Of a stretch of DNA of 64,000 nucleotides, positions 57,715 through 64,000 are shown in pieces; positions within the stretch are counted from its first letter, which is position 1; each line of letters opens with the position of its first letter. Source of the stretch: an uncultured bacterium (GTDB lineage Bacteria > Hinthialibacterota > Hinthialibacteria > Hinthialibacterales > Hinthialibacteraceae); the NCBI GenBank assembly GCA_964419335.1, contig CAYQOX010000004.1:31310-95309 (forward strand), written 5' to 3'. Made by a program: the position numbers and the translations under genes. Below the pieces are notes generated by a model. The model was not told the DNA's origin, searched no databases, and worked only from the letters and a program-made list of their open reading frames with translations.

Positions 57715-58991
57715 GGTTGAATCAAATCCCGCGGTTCATGTCTTTTAGATTCACGGAAAGCAGCGCCGCAGGCAGCAGCAATAACCGCCCACAGCGCATA
57801 TTGATAAGCGGTGGCCGTGATCAGATTGTCATTCATGCTTCCGATCAGCCATGCACAATATAATGCTATTGCGACTAGTACCAAATGACGGGTAGGATGA
57901 GTTTCTGCTTGACGATAAGCTCGTGTTAAAGCATAACCGATGCCAATAAGCCAAGCCAAGAAAGTCAGCAATCCAAAAACGCCGGTTTCAGTTAAGAAAC
58001 GCACGTAATCGTTATGGGGATCATGGCCGATTCCCTCCGGCGTTTTCATGTCGTTAATGCGGGGTGACGTGCGAAGTCCATAGCCAAACCAGGGACGATC
58101 CTTCCATTCACTTAAAAGAAATCGCCAATTTAGCAGCCGCCAAGTCACGGAATTGGTGATCCGTCCAGTTCGCTCGATCTCATCCAAATCCTCGATCTTC
58201 AATTCTTCTTTAATGCGATCTCGACCCGTTGGAGTTGCTACAAACCCCACGATAAACACGATTCCGAGCGCTAAAACAAACCAACGAATAGTTCGACTTT
58301 CCGTAAAGAGTAAAAATAGTCCAGCCCCCCCTAACATGGCTACACCGGTAAAACTAAACGTACCTATCAGTAGAATCATGGCGAGAAAAAATAAGATAGC
58401 CCAAGCGTATTTATACGAACGCCAACGCCAATTCCAATAAAACACACCCATCACCAAAATTACGTAAAAAGCAAAAGGATTGGGATGAACGAAGGTTCCT
58501 TGAATCCGGTGATCACCACGAACGATCGCCCCTTGATGGAAGAGTAATTGGAATAAACCTACCATCGCTGGAATAACAAAAGAGAGAGATAAGAACAGAA
58601 AGATCCGCTGTCCATCTTTCTTCCAGGCATAATGAAAGAGGATCCCAACGATGGGTAAATAACTCAAAAGACGCAGCCATTCACGCAGGCAATAGAGATA
58701 ATCAGCCCCATGTTTGAGCACAGGTACAATTGCCCACAAACCAATAATAGCAAGCCAAAGTACCGTTACTCTAATCAGCGGGATATGTTTTATTTTTATC
58801 CGTTCAGTATGAGGGAGTAAATAAAACCACACCCCTCCAGCCACGAGCACCAAAAGGCTCAATACACTCGCTGGATTGAACCTCAACGATTCCAAGAAAA
58901 ACGTTTCGTCGGTGGTAATATCCAACGAAGGACGTATCACTAATACGATAAAAAGGAACCATTCAATAGCATTTCGTAAGCGTTCGTTCAT
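57711..58991 (-). CDS. O-antigen ligase/polymerase-like (Wzy family) polytopic membrane protein
   Basis: It has about 10 TM segments and a large periplasmic loop. The likely start at 58991 directly abuts the stop of the upstream gene; the ORF-track start at 59051 would overlap by 64 nt. Confidence 0.55.
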   Translation of the reverse strand: MNERLRNAIEWFLFIVLVIRPSLDITTDETFFLESLRFNPASVLSLLVLVAGGVWFYLLPHTERIKIKHIPLIRVTVLWLAIIGLWAIVPVLKHGADYLYCLREWLRLLSYLPIVGILFHYAWKKDGQRIFLFLSLSFVIPAMVGLFQLLFHQGAIVRGDHRIQGTFVHPNPFAFYVILVMGVFYWNWRWRSYKYAWAILFFLAMILLIGTFSFTGVAMLGGAGLFLLFTESRTIRWFVLALGIVFIVGFVATPTGRDRIKEELKIEDLDEIERTGRITNSVTWRLLNWRFLLSEWKDRPWFGYGLRTSPRINDMKTPEGIGHDPHNDYVRFLTETGVFGLLTFLAWLIGIGYALTRAYRQAETHPTRHLVLVAIALYCAWLIGSMNDNLITATAYQYALWAVIAAACGAAFRESKRHEPRDLIQP

Positions 58992-60139
58992 GCGAAGGTA
59001 CGCACCAAGTTTAACCCAATTTCGGGCGTAATTTCGATGGGATTCCCCCACATGCTATTACCCATCGACTTTTCCACCAACTGTTCATGGTCGGACTCGG
59101 GGATCGAGTATTCTTTAAAGTTACTGGGGATGCTGAGTTCTTTATTTAACATGATGATTTCATTGACCACCCAATCGGCATACCCTTGCTTAGACATAGA
59201 CACATCAGGATTTAAAAGTTTACCTAAGTAAATTAATTTATCCGCCACCGCATCACGATTAAAACTTAAAGCATAGGGCAACAAAATCGCACAAGCCTTA
59301 CCATGGGGAATTTCATACATGGCGCCTAAACCGGAAGCGAAGCCATGGGCTAACCCGAGTCCCGCGTTGGCGAGGCATAAGCCGCTCAAAGTACTGGCAA
59401 GCAGCATTTGTTGCCGAACTTCAGCATTGGCCTCTTGATTAACCACCGGCCGGATAGATCGTAAGGCCATTTCCAATCCCCAAATCGCCAAGCGATCCGT
59501 ATAAGGGGTAGCCTTGTGAGAGATATAAGATTCCATTAACTGGGTAATAGCATCCATACCGCTGTAAGCAGCCTGTTGAGGAGGCACTTGGGCGATTAAT
59601 TCACCATCCAGGATCGCAGTATTGGGATAGAGGTAGGGACTACGAAAACTTTTCTTAAACTTTTCTTGGGGTGAAGTAATAACGGCATTCCGGGTCACTT
59701 CAGCTCCGGTTCCCGCGGTCGTGGGAATAGCAACATGATGCAGTCCTGCTTTGGTAACCGGTTTTCCCGCACCCACTCCCTCAAGATAATCGAGAATCTC
59801 CCCGCCATTGGTGACCAATCCGGCAACCGCCTTGCCGAGATCAATGACTGATCCCCCTCCTAAGGAAAGCACAATTTCAGATTTCCACTCAAGAGCCGCT
59901 TTAGTCGCCTGATTGACCATAGAAACCGTCGGTTCCCCCGTAGGCTTAACATACTCGTTGACTTCATACCCCTGTGAATGGAGTGAATGATACACGGACT
60001 GGAAAGAATCTGATTTATGCTGCGATTCTCCTACGACAAAAAAAATACGTTTTCCTAAGCCTTGTATCCAATCTTTCACGGTAAATCGTTTTTCAAGACC
60101 TACCACAAGGCGGGTTGGAGCATAAAAATGGAAATCCAT
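58988..60139 (-). CDS. Iron-containing alcohol dehydrogenase family protein
   Basis: It has Fe-ADH motifs (LGGGSVIDLGKAVA, TTAGTGAEVT). It is the first gene of the glycosyltransferase operon. Confidence 0.75.
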   Translation of the reverse strand: MDFHFYAPTRLVVGLEKRFTVKDWIQGLGKRIFFVVGESQHKSDSFQSVYHSLHSQGYEVNEYVKPTGEPTVSMVNQATKAALEWKSEIVLSLGGGSVIDLGKAVAGLVTNGGEILDYLEGVGAGKPVTKAGLHHVAIPTTAGTGAEVTRNAVITSPQEKFKKSFRSPYLYPNTAILDGELIAQVPPQQAAYSGMDAITQLMESYISHKATPYTDRLAIWGLEMALRSIRPVVNQEANAEVRQQMLLASTLSGLCLANAGLGLAHGFASGLGAMYEIPHGKACAILLPYALSFNRDAVADKLIYLGKLLNPDVSMSKQGYADWVVNEIIMLNKELSIPSNFKEYSIPESDHEQLVEKSMGNSMWGNPIEITPEIGLNLVRTFA

Positions 60140-60556
60140 AAAATCATTATCCCTTTTTTACTAGGCTCTGTATTCCTTTTTTTATACAAGTGAATCATCT
60201 TCAATGATATATTGTCCGCTATTTTCTAGGTATTGAAAAGCGAAACTCGATTTGTGGCAAGGTTTCAACCCTGGACGTTCTCCGCATACGCTTCTACTAT
60301 TTCTCGATATTACTTTGCATTAATTAAATCAGATAAGATGCTTTTATAAAAGAAGCACTTGACCTATATTCCGGTACCTTGTGAACTAAACCACAAGTTT
60401 ATGATTGACTGCAAGGCCGTTTATCTTTTAGTAGTCAAGACGTTTTATAAAGAAGTTCAGAAGGAAACAGTGTTGATAGCAAAAAAGCAAGTAAATTAAG
60501 TATTATCTAAAACAAAGAAGAAATATAGAGTATTTTTACATCAGGAGTCATATTCG

Positions 60557-61735
60557 ATGAGTTCCATCCATTTTGACGTTTTCGCGGGAATTAGCGGTGA
60601 TATGTGCTTAGGTGCATTAGTAGATGTTGGATGCCCGCTTGAAATCTTAACCCAAACACTCTCGCAGCTTGAAATTCCCGGTTTTTCCTTACAAGCAGAA
60701 CGGGTTCAACGCGCCTCGCTGAGCGGAACGAAAATCGATGTTACCGTAGAAGAAGAACAGCACGTGCATCGAAAACTTAAAGATGTATTGGAAATCGTAG
60801 ATCGCATTTCTTGGCCAGGTCGAGTGCGAGAACAAATCGAGGAGGTCTTTACTGCCCTGGCCTCCGCTGAAGCCAAAGTTCATAATCGCTCTATCGAAGA
60901 AATACACTTCCATGAAGTCGGCAGTTACGATGCAATTATAGATATTTCGGGAACTTTGCTCGCTCTTCATAATCTAGGCATCGAAAAAGTAACATGCTCA
61001 AAAATCCACGTGGGCGAAGGGTTTTCAGGAAAAACGCGTCATGGACATCTTCCCTTACCTGTACCGGCTGCAGCCGAATTATTGCAGGGATTTACCCTCT
61101 TCACTCGCGGTGTCCCTATGGAAATGGTGACCCCAACCGGTGCCGCTTTGATACACACATTGGCAAGACAATCTTCTTCCCTTCCCGAAATGAATATTCA
61201 ACGGGTAGGTTATGGGGCAGGAACCCGTGATCTCAAAGAAATTTCCAACCTATTACGGGTGTTTCTCGGCGAATCACCCGGACAAGCCACCCAAACTATA
61301 AGCGTCATAGAAACCAATATTGATGATATGAACCCAGAACATTTTGATCCTTTATTACAACGACTGCTCCAAAAAGGGGCGGTGGATGTGTTTATTACCC
61401 CGGTAATGATGAAGAAAAATCGGCCGGGGCATTTGATCACTGTGTTGACCCCCCCAGAACATAACGAGACGATTAGCCAAATTTTACTCCAGGATACAAC
61501 CTCCATCGGGGTTCGCTCATACACATGTGAACGTAAAGTTTTACAACGGGAAACTTGTGATGTAGAAACTCCTTGGGGACGCGTGAAAGGGAAAGTCTGC
61601 TGGGGATGGGGTGTCGAAAAGCGCTTTACACCGGAATATGAATCGTGTCGTGCCATTCATGAGCGCACAGGAATCCCCATGGCGCGTCTTTACTTTGAAG
61701 CACAATCAGCCTATCAAAAACTAAAGACGGGATAA
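60557..61735 (+). CDS. larC: LarC-family (DUF111) nickel-pincer cofactor nickel-insertion protein
   Basis: It has the characteristic N-terminus FDVFAGISGDMCLGALVDVG and is about 390 aa. Confidence 0.7.
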   Translation: MSSIHFDVFAGISGDMCLGALVDVGCPLEILTQTLSQLEIPGFSLQAERVQRASLSGTKIDVTVEEEQHVHRKLKDVLEIVDRISWPGRVREQIEEVFTALASAEAKVHNRSIEEIHFHEVGSYDAIIDISGTLLALHNLGIEKVTCSKIHVGEGFSGKTRHGHLPLPVPAAAELLQGFTLFTRGVPMEMVTPTGAALIHTLARQSSSLPEMNIQRVGYGAGTRDLKEISNLLRVFLGESPGQATQTISVIETNIDDMNPEHFDPLLQRLLQKGAVDVFITPVMMKKNRPGHLITVLTPPEHNETISQILLQDTTSIGVRSYTCERKVLQRETCDVETPWGRVKGKVCWGWGVEKRFTPEYESCRAIHERTGIPMARLYFEAQSAYQKLKTG

Positions 61736-61741
61736 GCCTCC

Positions 61742-62872
61742 ATGAAATCAAAAAAAATCCAAATCACCATTGCCATTCTTTTTGGAGCATTATGTCTAGT
61801 TCTATTTTGGAATAGTGTAGAAGACTGGTCAGAAGTATGGGCGGCCATGAAACAAGCAAAATGGCGCTACTTAATTGTAGCCGTCATGGTACAATATCTT
61901 TCGATGTTGATCCGTGCCATGCGCTGGCAATCCTTTTTAGGGGATCCCAAGGTTCCGCTAATTCGGCTCTATCTCATTACAAACATTGGCTTTATGTCCA
62001 ATGGAGTATTACCGGCTCGAATGGGCGAGCTGATTCGTCCGTTTCTCGTATGGCGATATACCCAACATGCTTTTCCTACCGCAGTAGCAACCATTGTGGT
62101 TGAGCGAGTGTTTGATTTATTGGGATTATTGTTGATCTTAGCCTTGGTATTATGGATTGCCCCCTTTCCCGTCATGGAAAGTGGACCTGATGTTGAGTTA
62201 AAAAACGATGTTCCAACCTCTGAGATAGAAGAGCAAATTGATTTACCTTCCGATCCGCTCGAATGGGTTCAGGGAGTGGCACTAATGGGGATCGTATTGT
62301 TCCTCGTTCTATTTTCATTCATTTCATTAATGACCTATGCCCCTATATGGAGCCTGCGAGTAGCAACCAAGATTCTATCTCCTTTGCCTACAAAGATCTC
62401 CAAACCATTACTCCAAGCGGTGGTCTCGTTTGAGAAAGGCGCTTCTACCTTCCGAAGGCCATCTTCCCTGTTTTATTGCCTTTTCCTAACTCTCTTTTTA
62501 TGGGTCTCTATGGCCTTTGGAGAGTTAGTGGTCTTATGGGCATTAGGGATCACCAAGGTATCCATGGGAGGAGCCCTTTTCCTTATGATTGGACTATGTT
62601 TTGCCGTGATGTTTCCACAACTGCCGGGCTATATTGGAACCTTTCAATTCGCAACATGGATTATCCTCCACAGAACCTTTTTTGTAGAAAGCAATGTCGC
62701 TGGAGCAGCTGCCTGGGTTTTGTGGCTATCCCAAGTTCCCCCGGTTATTCTTTTAGGCTTCATCTGTTTGGTAATCATGGGGGTCTCTTTTAAGGAGATA
62801 TCGCATGTTAGGGAACATTTACCTAGAGAAATTCAAGAGGAGTTAGAAGAAGACGAGAAACCTCCACTATGA
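61742..62872 (+). CDS. UPF0104 / lysylphosphatidylglycerol-synthase-TM-like (flippase-like) membrane protein
   Basis: It has about 8 TM segments with KWRYLIVAVMVQYLSMLIRAMRWQSFL, typical of the TIGR00374 family. It lies 6 nt downstream of larC. Confidence 0.6.
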   Translation: MKSKKIQITIAILFGALCLVLFWNSVEDWSEVWAAMKQAKWRYLIVAVMVQYLSMLIRAMRWQSFLGDPKVPLIRLYLITNIGFMSNGVLPARMGELIRPFLVWRYTQHAFPTAVATIVVERVFDLLGLLLILALVLWIAPFPVMESGPDVELKNDVPTSEIEEQIDLPSDPLEWVQGVALMGIVLFLVLFSFISLMTYAPIWSLRVATKILSPLPTKISKPLLQAVVSFEKGASTFRRPSSLFYCLFLTLFLWVSMAFGELVVLWALGITKVSMGGALFLMIGLCFAVMFPQLPGYIGTFQFATWIILHRTFFVESNVAGAAAWVLWLSQVPPVILLGFICLVIMGVSFKEISHVREHLPREIQEELEEDEKPPL

Positions 62873-62931
62873 TACAATAACGACCAAGTTGATACATCAT
62901 CACAAAAAGCCTATAGACTTTACGATCGGCT

Positions 62932-63378
62932 ATGAAACTTCCTTATGATCCGGATTTGCAAAAACCTGAAGCACTCCTAGATTGGATAAAGGATATGGAA
63001 GTGGAGATCGATATTCAAACTCTGGATCGCTATCCTACTCCACCGCTAGTTTTTTCTGAATATTACTATGATCCACCCCAGATCACGATTTACCGCTATC
63101 TTCCCATGGAGGACTGGCTCAATCTTATGAGCCAGCATTATGCCGGATATTATGGGCCTTGGTATTTCCTCCATATTGCTTACCGTTTTTATTTTCATTT
63201 AGAAATGAATGGTGATTACGAAGTCCCGCGAACCTGGCTGCATCAATTATTTGGAGTACGGAATACCATTGAAAAACGGGCTTATTACTTTACCCATAAA
63301 ACCTTAGGAACCCTGTTCCCGCCTCAGCGCTTTGATGGAGCAGTCGAACGCTGTTTCCAACCGTGGCAAGTAGGCTAA
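62932..63378 (+). CDS. Hypothetical protein (Tyr/Trp-rich, no recognised domain)
   Basis: It is an ORF of 148 aa. Confidence 0.3.
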   Translation: MKLPYDPDLQKPEALLDWIKDMEVEIDIQTLDRYPTPPLVFSEYYYDPPQITIYRYLPMEDWLNLMSQHYAGYYGPWYFLHIAYRFYFHLEMNGDYEVPRTWLHQLFGVRNTIEKRAYYFTHKTLGTLFPPQRFDGAVERCFQPWQVG

Positions 63379-63471
63379 AATTCAGTACCTATTCAAAAAA
63401 AAACCATCATCTTATTAAAAGACAATGGCAAGGGAGATGGAGAAAAAATGATTACAATCAAGCGAAAGAAA

Positions 63472-64000
63472 TTAGCCCTTGAACTCCTCGAATTCGTCGT
63501 CTGGTTCAGGTAAAGATTTTTTGGCCTGAATAGATTTTTTTGTGGAAGCATAATTGTCACTCCCACTATTCTTTTGTTTCTCTAACTTAAATTGACTAAT
63601 CAACTCTTGTAATGATACCGCCTGGGCGGAAAGTTCTTCACTGGCAGAAGCACACTCTTCGCTGGTGGAGGAATTTTGTTGCGTCACTTCATCCAGTTGT
63701 TGTAGCGATTTACTAATTTGTTCCGCATTTTCAGACTGTTCGTTACAATTTAAATTAATCTGTTGGACAAGTTGAGAAGCATTCTTGATACCAGGAACTA
63801 TTTCTTGAATTAAGTTTCCTGCTTCTTCGGCTTGATGGACGCTGTTTTCCGCGACTTCGCTGATTTCTTTGGCCGCCGTCTGGCTCCGTTCAGCTAATTT
63901 TCGCACTTCGACCGCAACAACAGCAAAGCCTTTCCCCATCTCACCAGCCCGGGCGGCTTCAATGGCGGCATTCAATGCCAACAAATTGGTTTGTTCTGCA
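63472..64000 (-). CDS. Methyl-accepting chemotaxis protein, C-terminal signalling domain (5'-partial)
   Basis: It has the MCP signalling-domain core [34 protein letters not shown]. The reading frame runs off the window end. Confidence 0.75.
   Translation of the reverse strand, partial: AEQTNLLALNAAIEAARAGEMGKGFAVVAVEVRKLAERSQTAAKEISEVAENSVHQAEEAGNLIQEIVPGIKNASQLVQQINLNCNEQSENAEQISKSLQQLDEVTQQNSSTSEECASASEELSAQAVSLQELISQFKLEKQKNSGSDNYASTKKSIQAKKSLPEPDDEFEEFKG

Noticed and set aside
60140-60556. A 417-bp divergent intergenic region upstream of larC with imperfect direct repeats (TTTTATAAAAGAAGCAC / TTTTATAAAGAAGTTCA)
   Set aside because: The repeats are short and AT-rich, so this is most likely an ordinary divergent promoter region and not a mobile-element end or riboswitch.
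1-64000. CRISPR arrays, tRNA/rRNA genes, IS elements, integrases, prophage or defense-system genes
   Set aside because: No direct-repeat/spacer periodicity was seen. No transposase or integrase-like ORFs were seen, nor nuclease/helicase/ATPase defense modules. No tRNA-like T-loop/acceptor patterns were seen in the intergenic regions.

Overview
This is a gene-dense bacterial chromosomal window with about 50 CDSs, most of them on the minus strand. I found no rRNA, tRNA, CRISPR array, transposase or integrase. The gene content suggests a PVC-superphylum-like organism (Planctomycetota/Verrucomicrobiota-type), and this is an inference. The evidence for it is four Gfo/Idh/MocA oxidoreductase paralogs (three with Tat signals), a DUF1080 protein, xylose-isomerase-like TIM barrels, a HEAT-repeat protein, BatA-like vWA membrane proteins and a cohesin/dockerin module. 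The identifiable blocks are as follows. (1) A mannonate/hexuronate-type catabolic operon at 6704-10984 (minus strand). (2) A corrinoid-dependent methyltransferase module at 13259-19874 (minus strand), which looks anaerobic in type. It contains two MttB-superfamily methyltransferases, a MetH-like pterin-binding methyl-THF methyltransferase, a B12-binding corrinoid protein, a stand-alone MetH activation-domain homolog and a SAM methyltransferase. (3) A five-gene signalling operon at 24099-32577 (minus strand): hybrid histidine kinase, coiled-coil protein, DUF342/FapA-like beta-solenoid protein, TPR protein, and a REC-PAS protein with a kinase-less, His-less DHp-like tail. (4) Cell-envelope and polysaccharide genes: PBP1A, SppA, a WecA-like transferase, GT26 and GT4 glycosyltransferases, two O-antigen-ligase-like proteins and a UPF0104 membrane protein. 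(5) An ECF sigma / anti-sigma / charged periplasmic protein trio. (6) An orphan LarC. Several oddities are reported as findings. These are an IspG homolog that stops after the TIM-barrel domain, a 2x[4Fe-4S] ferredoxin ORF whose expected ATG is ACG, a secreted WD40 protein carrying cohesin-dockerin-cohesin modules, an acidic secreted tandem-repeat protein, a perfect 14-bp palindrome in the leader of the methyltransferase operon, and an intergenic region with hairpin/terminator structures on both strands.
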